Shown piece after piece: positions 11,972 to 23,574 of a DNA stretch of 64,000 bases. The stretch's first letter is position 1, and each line of letters opens with the position of its first letter. Location: contig MU058213.1 in NCBI GenBank assembly GCA_013265495.1, positions 6,283,149 to 6,347,148 on the forward strand, written 5' to 3'. The notes beneath the pieces are model-generated. The model was not told the DNA's origin, did no database searches, and saw only the letters and a list, made by a program, of their open reading frames with translations. Source of the DNA: Vicugna vicugna. Lineage: Eukaryota. The translations under genes were made by a program, and so were the position numbers.

Positions 11972-12869
11972 AGTTTGTTTTCATAGCGTCACTCCTCGGG
12001 GAAACCGCAGTAGCCAACAGGCTTGGAGCTGTCGGAGTCTCCAAAGCCCTCTGGATCCTGTAGTCCTCCTGCTCGCCAGCCTCGCCAGAGCGCGGCTGCC
12101 CCAGCTCGCTCCCGGTGGCGAGACCTGACCTGCTAGGTAGAAAGCCGCTCTGTGAAAGAGAGGTAAACTTCTAAACGTTTTTTTTCCCCCCTTTAAACGC
12201 GAGAGTTAAGAGTAACTGTAGCTGCAGTGGTATGATTTTTTTCCCATAACTTTTTTTTTAGAAGAAGGAAATATTTTATCAGCATAAAAGATCAGAGTCG
12301 TGGCAGCAGCCCAAAGGAAATCCGTTTTCTTTCCAACGTCTGGATTGTGAGGAAAGTCAAAAATATCGTTTGCCCCACCCTTTCTTTTACCTGAATTTCC
12401 TTGGAAAACAAAGGAAGGATTTTGGCGGGGGGTGGGGGGCGGAGGATGGGGGAGGTTAATGGCGAAGAAGTTGCACGTTCACTGAGCCCGGGGACGGGGC
12501 AAGAGACGTGGGAAGAAAATTCCGTCCAATCTCAGTCAATGCGTATCTGGTGAGAACAATTAGTACAATCAAGAAATAGGTGGGCAGTGAGGAGAAGATT
12601 GGGGTCGGGGGAAAAGCGGAATCCTGAAATCAAGGTGGAGAGTCTGATGTTACTGTTTTCAGGGTTGGTAGGTCAGAACAGGATGATTCTCCCTGGATCT
12701 AGGGTAGGTAAGATGTGACAACTTCAGGGCAGAGAAAAACTGTAAAGCATAAAGATTTACTGTGATTTAGGTTTATAAACTTCGGTGGTAGCCCCTCACT
12801 TGAATAGAGGATCCTAGAATTGGAGTGGATGTTAAAAATCCTAGTGTCTAGAATGGGAAATCCTTGTCT

Positions 12870-13272
12870 AGAATGGGAAAACAACATGTAGTGTATCCAT
12901 TGAGTGCAATATTATTCAGCCATTAAAAAGGAAAGAAGTACTGACAAATGAACCTTGAAAACCTTAAGTGAAAGAAGCCAGGGGAAAAAAAGTCCCCATA
13001 TTAATGAATCATATAAATGATTCCATTTATATGAAAGTAGAGAATGGGGAAATGTAAAGAGACAGAAATTAGTAAATTAGTGATTGCCAAGGGCTGGGGG
13101 GAGGGGAGGATGGGAGTAATTGCTAATGGGTATGTGTTTTCTTACTGATGAAAATATTCTGGAATTAATGGTGATGACAGTTGCACAACTTCATGAATAT
13201 CCTAGAAAACACTGAATTGTACATTTTAAAAGGATGAATCTTATAGTAGATGAATTATATCTCCATCTTAAA
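12870..13272 (+). mobile_element. L1MB-type 3' end
   Basis: TATTATTCAGCCATTAAAAAGGAA...TGAAAGAAGCCAG...ATTCCATTTATATGAAA...GTTGCACAACT...ACTGAATTGTACATTTTAAAA. Confidence 0.85.
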
Positions 13273-13907
13273 CATTGAAAGAAAATCATGTGACCAAATT
13301 CTTGTAGTAACCATCCATCTAGTTAGGCACCAGATGTAATTGAATGCCTACCATAGGTCATCACCATGGCAACTGTGAGTACAATGGTTTCTGCCTTTAC
13401 CAAGCTTGCAATTTTAAGAGGGAGACAGAAGATAAATTTTAAAACAAATAATTACAGGAAAAATGCAAATATAATAAGAAGTGACAGGAGTTTTGTGCAA
13501 AGAACTGCCAGAGTTGGAGCTATAGGTTAGGTTAGGAAAGTCTGTAATACAGACTGGCCGGGAAACCACAAGCATCTGTTGAGCACTCACTGTGTACTAG
13601 GTACGTAGAGTCCTGATTCATCTTTCTCAGGTAACTGATCCTAGGTCTCAGGGGGCACATCAGCTTCAAAATGGGATCAGGTATTTTAAGAACTAAGGAA
13701 CAGAGGTTACCAAAAGGAAAAGAGCTTACCAGCAACACAAAAAACACTACTTAGGTTGGAAATGACACCTTGCCCAAGCCACCGTCCCATCCATGGTCAG
13801 CCCTGATGGGTAGTGAGGTTAACAAGGGCTTTGAGGGATACAGGCAAAGATGTAGTCCTTTTCTCCAAGGTTAACCCAGAGATATGAGACACTGAAAATC
13901 TCTTATC

Positions 13908-14038
13908 CTTTTCTTTTCTTTTGCTGGGGGGAAGTAATTAGGTTTATTTATTTACTTTTTTAATGGAGGTACTAGGGATTGAACCCAGGATCTTGTGCAT
14001 GCTAAGCACATGCTCTACCACTGAGCTATACCCTCACC
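13908..14038 (-). mobile_element. tRNA-Ala-derived camelid SINE (Vic-1 type)
   Basis: Reverse complement GGGTATAGCTCAGTGGTAGAGCATGTGCTTAGCATGCACAAGATCCTGGGTTCAATCCCTAGTACCTCCA; TSD ACTGAAAA(A)TCTCTTA. Confidence 0.92.
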
Positions 14039-14339
14039 TACTGAAAAATCTCTTACTAATCCATCAACAACCTATCAATCTTGGATTTATCTAGAAATAC
14101 TTCGACACTATCTGTCTGTTATATTGGCATTTGAGATTTTTTAATGCTTATTTTTATTTGCCCTAATAATTTCTTTCCAGTTTCAAGAAGTATTCCCCAG
14201 ACCTAGAAGGTAGGACTTTGAAGATATTGCTTGTGTTCATTGTTCATGACATTGTAATATAATTCTGTTCCAGATTGAAATATAAATGTATAGATTAACT
14301 TCTATGTCTACATATTACTTAAATTATGAGATTTAGTGC

Positions 14340-14482
14340 CCATAAACTTGAATTTGTAGTCTGGCTTTTTCACTTAACTAGCTGTAAAATTTTAATTTCT
14401 CTGACCTTCAGTTCCCTTATTTATAAAATAGATTGATGTGAGTCTGAAATGAAATATGTACAAAGATGGTCAACAAATGTTG
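14340..14482 (+). mobile_element. MIR SINE
   Basis: CACTTAACTAGCTGT...TCTCTGACCTTCAGTTCCCTTATTTATAAAATAG. Confidence 0.6.
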
Positions 14483-14519
14483 ATTCTTTCTTCCTTTGAC
14501 CTATACAATGTATTCTAGG

Positions 14520-14691
14520 TTAGGGATTCAGCCTTGGGTCCCTGGGTAAGATCAGATGGTCCTTGGCCCCCTAAATCGCATGCCAAGTCCTGGGGGCTGT
14601 CTGTGTATGCCCTTTTCTTCAAGGAGAGTTAATAGCTTTCATCAAATCCTCAGAGATGTCATAACTGCCAAAACATTAGGACCCACAGCTC
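14520..14691. mobile_element. hAT-Charlie-type non-autonomous DNA transposon (MER103-like)
   Basis: ATAGCTTTCATCAAATCCTCAGAG...TTAGGACCCACAG resembles the Charlie MER end. Confidence 0.45.
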
Positions 14692-14930
14692 TTGATCATA
14701 TTAGTTACTCCTCTCTGAGTCTTTGTATTATTGTGTTTTTCTTGAGGCATAGGGATTAGAACTGAATCTCATACTATAAGCAGAGAGTCTAAAAGCAGAA
14801 CCCCACTAATTCAGTGAACATAGAATACAGTGTGTGATCATGTGGAAGAGCCTATAATTTCATGAAGAATCACTTCAAGCCCTCCTCTGCTCCATCCCTG
14901 TCTTAGGGAGATACATTGTCAGTTTTGGCT

Positions 14931-15047
14931 GGAGTGACCGTACATCCCAGTTTACCTGGGGAGCCCTGGTTTATCTCAGTGGAACGATTAATTGCACGCT
15001 TCTTGCATTCCCCAAAAGCCTTGTTTGAATGATAAATCATGGCCAAT
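14931..15047. mobile_element. MER94-like hAT element
   Basis: GGAGTGACCGTACATCCCAGTTTACCTGGGA...GATAAATCATGGCCA. Confidence 0.6.
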
Positions 15048-15599
15048 GTAGATTTTTGGCCAAATTGCACCCCCTAAAAAGTCTTCAATTTTTAAAATGG
15101 AAGTTCTTCCAGTTTTCTTGATTTACCCCTATTTTTCCAGGTATTTCTTCTTATTCGAGGCCATAGTAGCAATGAAGGGAAAGCAACTTTCAAAACTGTA
15201 AAACTCTTTCTAGACACATGATGGAGCTAGTCAGATGAGACTTTATACAGACGTCGGCATGATTAACTGCTTTATCTGGGGCAGAATGAGAAGGAACCAA
15301 ATTAAAAATCGAGATGGATTCAAAGGGCAAATTCCCAGAAGAATCTATCAGTTAAAAAAAAATCACTGAAAATGATCAGTAAGAAGCTAACACAGGGCAA
15401 TGAAACTAGTTTCCACGTCAATACCATAAAAAAGCATCAGAATGCGTTCGCAACAATACAGTTAAAGAAAAATCTGTTAATGAGACAATGAGAGCAGAAA
15501 TCTTTAACAAGGCAGTAATGAAAGAGAGGCTTGTGGCACATCAATAAGAGATGTCCTGGATAATCGCTGTTTCGCAGGCATCACTGACTAGATTCAGTA

Positions 15600-15790
15600 G
15601 GTATCAGCTACTGAGCCAAGTGCCTACTGTACAGTATCTTATTTAATCTTCCACACAACACAATTCACTTCATTTGCAGTTAAGAAACTAAGTTGAGAGA
15701 GTTTGAAGTAACCTACTCAAGCTGTCACTCAGCCACGTGCACCAGATCTATATACTTGCCTGGCTCTCAAGGCCAAACTCTTCCCCTCTA
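15600..15790 (-). mobile_element. MIR SINE
   Basis: TTATTTAATCTTCCA...CATTTGCAGTTAAGAAACTAAG...GAAGTAACCTACTCAAG. Confidence 0.65.
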
Positions 15791-16899
15791 AGCAGTGATT
15801 CCGTAGTCGGAACATCCATAAGGAAAAAAGTCCCCTTATTCAGGTCCAGGATAAATAACACACTCATTAAAACATTTGGCTGGCTCCTAGAAAAATTCTT
15901 GCTTTTTTATGGGAATATGCATTACATTTGTGTAGAGAGTTTAACTTAACCTTAGACTTTCTTTGTTCTTCTAATATGTTAATATTGATTTGTTTAAAAA
16001 AAAAAGGATATTGCAGAAAATTTCAACAGTGGAATAATGTAATAGGATGCCACTTCTGATTAATATGACCTTTTTTGCTATAACGTAACAATTGTTTTAC
16101 CAACATGATGAAATTATTTAGCCAAAATAAACGGGAATTCCTTAAACATATTTTTAAATTAACAGTTTATTCAATGCATTTTTATATACATTCATTATTA
16201 TATTTTCTCTGATGTAAGCCAGTATTTTCTTTTCTTTCTTTCTTCAGTTCGATTTGACTTTGACATGCATAAGGTAAAAACCTAATCTCCCTCCAGATTT
16301 GAAAATGATTAAAGAATGAGTAATATTAGTTACAGTGTTCCATGGTCTATCAAGAAGTGAAGTGTTTCCCAGAAGGGAACTTTGCAGATAATTCAATCTC
16401 CTGGACCAATTCTGGGTCCACAGCCTGGTTTTCTTTCTTCTTCCCTGTGTCAACTTACGCTGTCTTACTGACTTTTGTGTATTCTTGTCAGTCACCTTTA
16501 ATCTTTGCTGGAACAAGGCAAGGCATGTATCAATAAATATATGCATTTAACAAACTAAAAACTAACACATAGCTGCATGAGCCTTTTTTTTAAGCACGGA
16601 AACTTTTTTTTTTAACTTGGAGGAAAATTTTTCTACATGCTTCGTTGCCTTTTGAAAATATGCTGCACATTAAGCAGCCTGTGCCTCGAGACTCAAGGTC
16701 ATCACTATAAATATCGATTATTGCACAGGGTTGTTCTGAGCTGAGGTCCTTGGGGACTATTGAATGGAGCTACTGTTTGCCACTATACTTGATGGCCCTG
16801 GACTGCTGTGCTCGTACAGTTATCCTGTCTTTTCTTTTTTTAATTTTACATCCTCCATTGTCAGAAGCTTTTTTCCTCCTGCTGTCTGCTATTCCAGTC

Positions 16900-17420
16900 T
16901 AGTCTCCTTTAGTAACAAGGAGCAAAAAAAAAACACAAAAAAGCACCTGGATTGCTTCATGAGAAAAATATTTGAAAGGTTATCTATGCCCCAGAGTCCA
17001 GGAAAAACAACAGAAAGGAGGGCTGTGCCTGCTCTCTGTCCTTTTCTGGCTTCCTGGCTTTCTCTACAGGGATGGACGCGCTCTGTCTCTCCAAGCTTCT
17101 CCCGCTTACTCATAGTGGCTCCTCCTCCCATAAATTCAACTTGCAAAGTGTCTCTCGTTTGTCACCATCCTGACTCAGGCCCCCAAACCAACTTTTAGCT
17201 GTGCTTCCCACAGCTTACTGGAAACCTCCCTTGTGGTCCCTTGAGTCAAGTTCCAGAGAAAGAAAGAGAGAATCTGACCCAACCAGCTCAACCCTTCACA
17301 CTATGCCACTCGGGACAGAGGTCGCTGGAAAGCCTACGGGTGGCTCTGCTTGGACTGGGTGTCTGTAGAGTCACATTCCAAGCAAATGTTGTCACAGGGG
17401 TGGTGTCCTAAAGCTACTGC
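16900..17420 (-). mobile_element. Old MaLR LTR (MLT1K/L-like)
   Basis: Degenerate similarity, e.g. AAGTTCCAGAGAAAGAAAGAGAGAATCTGACCCAACCAGCT. Confidence 0.4.
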
Positions 17421-17441
17421 CCTATTAAGAAGAGATGGTGA

Positions 17442-17584
17442 GGGGGTAGCATATAGCTCAGTGGTAGAGTGACTGCTTAGCATGCACAAGGTCCTGGGTT
17501 CCAGCCACAGTCCCTCAATTTAAAAATAAATAAACAAATAAACCAGATTACCTCCTACTACCCCCCCAAAAAAAACAAACAAAA
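17442..17584 (+). mobile_element. tRNA-Ala-derived camelid SINE (Vic-1 type)
   Basis: TATAGCTCAGTGGTAGAGT...GCTTAGCATGCACAAGGTCCTGGGTTC; perfect TSD AAGAGATGGTGA at 17430-17441 and 17585-17596. Confidence 0.92.
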
Positions 17585-17980
17585 AAGAGATGGTGAATGG
17601 GGACAGTCTCTGAAGAGGGGACACTCCAACTTTGGGGCACCTGGCTGTTTGCCATCTGTCTGCTACTTTAATTTATACACAGTTATCTTGGTGAGGCCAT
17701 GACGGAAATTTCATTCTCCTCTTCGACAGAAAAGAAAATGCATAGGTTTTGCAACAATCATCATCATTTCAATTTTATCATCGTATGCCTATAAATATAT
17801 TGATGCACTTAAGATGTGACATATGTTTTGCCCTTATTATCGTGCACTTATAAGTGCGTGTTTCTGTATGCTTGTAACTATTTGCATATGCATATGGATG
17901 TGTGTGTGCTTAAGATGACATATTTTTCAAGATGTTACACGCACGGAGGGGGATTTACTTTTTTTTTAATTAGACTTTAT

Positions 17981-18672
17981 TAAAAGTCTTTTATTTATTT
18001 ATCTATCTTGGATTGCATTTATTTATTTTTTTTAACTTTTTGTTATTGAGTTATAGTCATTTTACAATGTTGTATCAAATTCCAGTGTAGAGCACAATTT
18101 TTCAGTTATACATGAACATACATATATTCATTGTCACATTTTTTTTTCACTGTGAGCTACCACAAGATCTTGTACATATTTCCCTTTGCTGTACAGTATA
18201 ATCTTGTTTATCTATTCTACATATGCCTGTCAGTATCTACAAATTTTGAACTCCCAGTCTATCCCTTCCCATCCCCCTCCCCCTTGGCAACCACAAGTTG
18301 TATTCTATGTCTATGCGTCTGTTTCTGTTTTGTGTTTTTTTTTTTTTTAAGATTCCACACATGAGTGATCTCATATGGTATTTTTCTTTCTCTTTCTGGC
18401 ATACTTCACTTAGAATGACATTCTCCAGGAGCATCCATGTTGCTGCAAATGGCGTTATGTTGTCAGTTTTTATGGCTGAATAGTATTCCTTTGTATGAAT
18501 ATACCACTTCTTCTTTATCTAGTCATCTGTTGATGGACATCTAGGCTGTTTCCATGTCTTGGCTATTGTAAATAGTGCTACTATGAACATTGTGGTGCAG
18601 GTATCTTTTTGAAGTAGGGTTCCTTCTGAATATATGCCCAGGAGTGGAATTCCTGGGTCATATGGTAAGTCT
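17981..18672 (-). mobile_element. Lineage-specific L1 3' end (end of ORF2 + 3'UTR)
   Basis: Minus-strand ORF remnant MLLENVILSEVCQKEKEKYHM; T-rich tail; TAGACTTTAT repeated on both sides. Confidence 0.93.
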
Positions 18673-18787
18673 TAAAATAGACTTTATCTTTTAGAGCAGT
18701 TTTAGGATCACAGCAAAATTGAGGAGAAACTACAGAGATTTCCCATACACCTGCCTCCACACATGCATAGCCACCCGCATTTTCAAC
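18673..18787 (-). mobile_element. L1MC1-like 3' end (its tail continues at 17960-17980)
   Basis: ATAGACTTTATCTTTTAGAGCAGTTTTAGGATCACAGCAAAATTGAG...CCCATACACC, same family as 45011-45483. Confidence 0.8.
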
Positions 18788-18800
18788 AGGGGGGTTTACT

Positions 18801-19027
18801 TTGCTGGGTTTTTCTTGGGGTTCTTTAATTTATTTTTTATCGATGTATATTTGATATATGATATTATATAAACTGTGTATAATACAGTGATTCACAATTC
18901 TAAAGGTTACACTCCATTTATAGTTACTGTAAGATATTGGCTATGTTCCCCATGTTGTATAATATATCCTTGTAGCTTATTTTATACATAATAGTTTTAC
19001 CCCCTACCCCAAATATTGCCCCTCCCT
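18801..19027 (-). mobile_element. Cetartiodactyl-type L1 3' end
   Basis: T-rich tail; AAAGGTTACACTCCATTTATAGTTACTGTAAGATATTGGCTATGTTCCCC. Confidence 0.8.
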
Positions 19028-19489
19028 AGGGGGATTTACTATGAATAGAGTGTTTCTTGGTGTTAGTGTTCTGCATGTTGGTAGCATGGTTTCCAAACCA
19101 CTCCTGTTTTCACTCACCACCACAGCAAACACTTGCTGCACACTGTTGTAGGCGCTGGAGAACTAAGATGAGTGCCCTGTCCTCACAGGATTCGCATCTT
19201 TCCCCATACATCAAAAACACACACAACACAGCTGCTTCCTACTTCCATACACAGCATGCTCCTGAGAATACTCACCCATGTTAGGGGTATCAAGTTCAAA
19301 AACAGATTTGTGTTTCTTAAGGAGAGGGTTCTATTTTCAGAGGGCTAAAATACAGTCTAAAATTCCTAATTGTGCCTTGTCTCTTAGATATAGTCTTAAA
19401 CTATAATCCCAGAATTTAGTAGCTGTTCCTTAGATTTGGGCTTCTCTATCCCAACTGAGCAGAGCTGGCCATCTAAAGTCTAAAAGGCA

Positions 19490-19680
19490 GCTTTCTGATT
19501 TGGGTCAGCTGCTTACATGTTTGGATCATAAATCATTTTCCTTATCTGTAAAAATGGAGGTAATGATAGTACCTCCAACATTTCTTTCTTACGTATTATT
19601 GTGAGATTTCAAGGAATTAAATCATGTAATGTGATCAGTATAGAGACTAATGCACAGAGAGTTCTCAGTGTGACTTGTCA
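19490..19680 (+). mobile_element. MIR SINE
   Basis: TTTTCCTTATCTGTAAAAATGGAGGTAATGATAGTACCT...TTGTGAGATT. Confidence 0.65.
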
Positions 19681-21131
19681 CCATTAAGGCTAACGATTCA
19701 TCACCTGCACACCTAATTATTTCCTTCTCTCTCTCTCACTTGTTCTAAGCTTATGAGAGCTACACTTCTGTTGACTGGTGTTTGCATTTATATTTTCCCC
19801 ATATTTCACTAATTTTGATAAAGCAACAAGGCTAAATGCAACTTAGTAGGGACATAGTTGAATAAACGCCACAAGGCTGAGAAAGATGTTAGCACAGATG
19901 GAACTGAACTGTGAGCTGAGCCTGCAGGCAGCAACCACAAGAGATCCATCAACATGTTCCTTTGTTACCTGGCTTATCAGCTGATGCCACATAGGAAAGA
20001 TGGGTGATGTATATTAATGTATAGTGTCCTTCTCGGTACAAAAGCCAATTAGACAGGTCAAAGGCACCAAGAGATAGCCCCCCACTGCCCCACCTTTTAT
20101 TGTATTAAATTCCTGGGAATCCCAAAATAAAGCCAAATTTGATAAAGTTGTTGATAACTTCCCATAAAAAGACGCTTCAATAAGGCTTTGGTAACAAACG
20201 AATTATATAATTGACAAAGACTGTGATTCTAAAAGCAGCTATGACAGTCATAAGCTTCTACAATTCAAAATAATGCAGTTTTGCTCCAAATGGTATAAAA
20301 TGGAAATAAATGTGCACTTTTATTATATAAGGGACCTCAGTGGACTGAAAAGTGTATTATAGCACATAAAAATAACCATGCACATATCATAAATCCTAAC
20401 GATACAAATTTGCCCTAAAATAGTATGCCAGCCCTAATGACTATTACTTGAACATTTCATCAGGAGTTTTTTTCTTAATTTCTTTTCAGTTTAAAATCTA
20501 GGAGTGGGCATGAGAGAGGTGCCAGGGAAAGCAAGGCTTAGGAACAATTTATAAAGAAGTAGAATTAATGTTTTTTTCTTGATTAATTTCCTTATAAAGT
20601 TAAGTTATTTAAAACCATAAGCACCTGGCAGAAAAAAGAAAAAGAAAAAAACCAGCTAACAGAATAAAAAGTGGTTGAATAGATAAATGAAAACCAAAAG
20701 AAAAATAACTAGATTTCCAATTTTTGTTTGCAGTACGTTACCATTGGTTTTAAATTACAAAAGAAATGTAAGCTGCTGCTTATAAAACAAAGCATATGAA
20801 TTTAGAATTCATAAAGGAAAAAGTGAGAGTCCACCTGCCCACACTCTTTCCTACAAGATTTTAAACATGAGGAAATGGCAGTTCCATTGGTAGAAAATGA
20901 GAAACCAAAAGGAGGCTCCAGTTTCAGTGAGTTCCGAGTTAGATGTGTTTGGCTGGAGCTGACTGAGATCTCGGTGAGATCTCCAGGCTTCCCTGGGAGG
21001 GATGGGTCGAACCATGGTGGAGATGTCAGGTTCGACATGTCTATGCCTTTGCAGTCTTCGTCTAGCTGTTCTCTTGTAGTTTTGTATGCGGAACCACTCT
21101 TTTCTAACCCTTCTCTCCCTCCTCATCTCTC

Positions 21132-22260
21132 TGTTGGCAAGGCTGTGGGGAAACAGATTCCTTCTGTATTTTTGGTGAGAGTATAAATAGGCTGAAACCT
21201 TATGGAAAGCAATTTGGCACTGAGACAGGAGGGAAGGGGCAGGGCACAACCACTGAAGGAATGACGCAGCAGCAGAGGACAGGACAGACTGGTTACAACC
21301 AAGATGGAGAAAGACTCGACTTCCAGTAGACCTTGAGCCTCCTGGTGCATCCACAGACATCATGACAGTTCCTAGGCCAACCATGAAAGATCAAAAGTGG
21401 GCAGAGGCCCATTTCCTGGAAATCCTCGCCCCTTCCCCAAAGTAGTTGGAATAATCCTCCTACTCATTAGCATATGAAATTACTGAACACATAGAAACTA
21501 ACAACCCCACACCTAGGGGTCACTCTCTCTCTTGCTTTCTGAGAGGGTCTGCACTCTGCCTATGGAGTGTGTATCTCCTAAGACATTCTCCTTTCTGAGT
21601 GAGATGAACCCCACTCTGTCTATGGAGTGTATATCTCTCTAAATAAACTTGCTTTCAGTTTACTATGCCTTGCTCCTAAATTCTTTCCTGCGTGAGGGAA
21701 GACCCTATTCTCCAGCAACAGCACTGTCTAGCAATGTTACAAAATTGTGCCATCTCTGACCCCACCATTCTGCTTTGGAGAATTTATCCACAGAGGTACA
21801 CACACAATACAAATTAACATATGTCTACAAAGCATCATTGGCTGAGCAAAAGATTGGAAGCAACCCAAATGTCCATCATTTGTGGAACTGGTTAAATGTA
21901 TTAGGAGACAACATATAATAGAATTGTTTAAATTTTAAAAAAAAAACTGTAAAAACAGAATGAGGAATTTCTCTCTGAACTGATATGGAATGATTTCCCA
22001 GATGCATCCATAAGTTAAAGTGAAAAAAGCAAAGTACAGAATAGTAGGAATATCAACAGTAGTACATATATCAAGCCATCTTTTGTGTAAGAAAACAAGA
22101 ATGGGGAAAAATAGATTTGTGTTTGTGTTTGCATGAAGAAACTTTAGAAAAGACAACAAACTTACAGAAGTGTTTGTGAGATGTGGGAGCAGGGGGGGAA
22201 CTGTATGCTGGATACGTTTTGTATTGCTTATTTTTGAACTACTGTAACATGTTAGTGGGA
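21132..22260 (+). mobile_element. Old L1ME-type ORF2 end/3'UTR, interrupted by the LTR at 21221-21720
   Basis: TGTTGGCAAGGCTGTGGGGAAAC...TGGAAAGCAATTTGGCA...GGAAGCAACCCAAATGTCCATCA...GTGAAAAAAGCAA. Confidence 0.8.
21221..21720 (+). mobile_element. ERV1 solo LTR, MER41-like
   Basis: TG...CA termini, perfect 4-bp TSD GCAC (21217-21220, 21721-21724), AATAAA, CAAGATGG, CACTCTGYCTATGGAGT blocks, TTAGCATAT. Confidence 0.85.
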
Positions 22261-22952
22261 AACGTTTTAAAATATTATCAAGCAGAATACAGTGTTACAT
22301 ATGGCAGACTAATACAACGGCTAATTAGGGATCATGCAAACAGAGATTTTAAAAGTCTCTGAAGGCTTCCTGGAGTGGTGGCATATGAGCTGGCTGGCCT
22401 TAAAGACTGACCTAGAAAGGTGGAGAATCAGCATAGGATCTTCTGGCTTTTAAGATCTGCATAAGCAAAAGGGATATGAAAGCTTACTGAGTTGACTGGA
22501 AATGCTTCTCCCCAGGACATTTTCCCAAACTCATTGAGAAAATAATAAGCTGAGAGTTCATTTTTGTCTCCTTGGAACTGTGGCCAAATGAATCTGGTTT
22601 CGCAGTCTTGGCTCAATGTCAAATGCAGTTTACGGTGCTCCTTGTATACTGTTCATACTCCATCCTCAGATATGTCAGAGCTCGTGCCCTTCTCACCTTT
22701 GAGAAGAGTCACCAAGTAAAAGTGAAGTTATTAAGACCACAAAAATCGAATCCTAATCCGTTTTATGACCAGACCTAGCAGAAAATTCAAACGATTAAAC
22801 CTGATTTTTAACCTCTTTAGCCTGAGTCATAAATAGATCTCTTATGGTTAATGGACTCAGGTTTGGGTAATTATTTAAGTGTTGAAGCCGTAAGAGTATG
22901 TGTCTTAGTAATATTTCTTACCTTCACATCTCCTGATTTGTATCTCTGTTCA

Positions 22953-23067
22953 TTTGTTTTGGCGGGGGAGGTAATTAGGTTTATTTATGTATTTATTGTA
23001 CTGGGGATTGAATCCGGGACCTTTTGCATGCTGAGCACACGCTCTGCCACTGAGCTGTACACTCCCC
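22953..23067 (-). mobile_element. tRNA-Ala-derived camelid SINE (Vic-1 type)
   Basis: GGAGGTAATTAGGTTTATTT tail and tRNA-like head in reverse complement. Confidence 0.88.
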
Positions 23068-23303
23068 GTCTTGACTGGTATCTTCTGCCTTTCCACTAAA
23101 CGGGCCATGGGAGGAGCCGCTGGAGATTTAGAGTAGGTGATTCCTGACCACAGCGTAAAGGAAAATCAGCTTTGTTTTCACCAAGCCTCATGACATTGCT
23201 CAGTAATCCTAAAATGACTCATTGTAGTACTTTAAGATCACATTAATCCAGTTGCCTTGAAAACAGTGCTTTAGGGAACTGGATCCAATTGTGTTCAAAT
23301 CAA

Positions 23304-23384
23304 TCTCTCTCCCTCTCTCTTCTCTCTGACTCTGTCTGTCTGTCTGTCTGTCTGTCTTTCTCTCTCTCTCTCTCACAAACACAC
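23304..23384. repeat. Compound microsatellite (TC)n/(TCTG)n/(CA)n
   Basis: Directly visible. Confidence 0.95.
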
Positions 23385-23574
23385 ACACAAACCCACACCA
23401 TCTACACAAACCCACACCATCTACACAAACCCACACCATCTACACAAACCCACACCATCTACACAAACCCACACCATCTACACAAACCCACACCATCTAC
23501 ACAAACCCACACCATCTACACAAACCCACACCATCTACACAAACCCACACCATCTACACAAACCCACACCATCT
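23385..23574. repeat. Minisatellite, 10 perfect copies of the 19-bp unit ACACAAACCCACACCATCT
   Basis: Directly counted; the overlapping ORF repeats every 19 aa (3 units). Confidence 0.97.

Larger units (their letters stand above)
10700..12130. promoter_or_regulatory. MYO1E: CpG island covering promoter, exon 1 and start of intron 1 of the minus-strand gene
   Basis: Very high GC and CpG density against an AT-rich, CpG-depleted background. Confidence 0.95.

Noticed and set aside
12845..12880. Short tandem duplication TGTCTAGAATGGGAAA x2 (a similar one at ~52758-52801)
   Set aside because: Ordinary local slippage duplication with no sign of function
15140..15600. Purine-rich stretch with acceptor and donor-like ends as a possible exon or pseudogene
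   Set aside because: No ORF of 60 aa or more and no recognisable protein similarity
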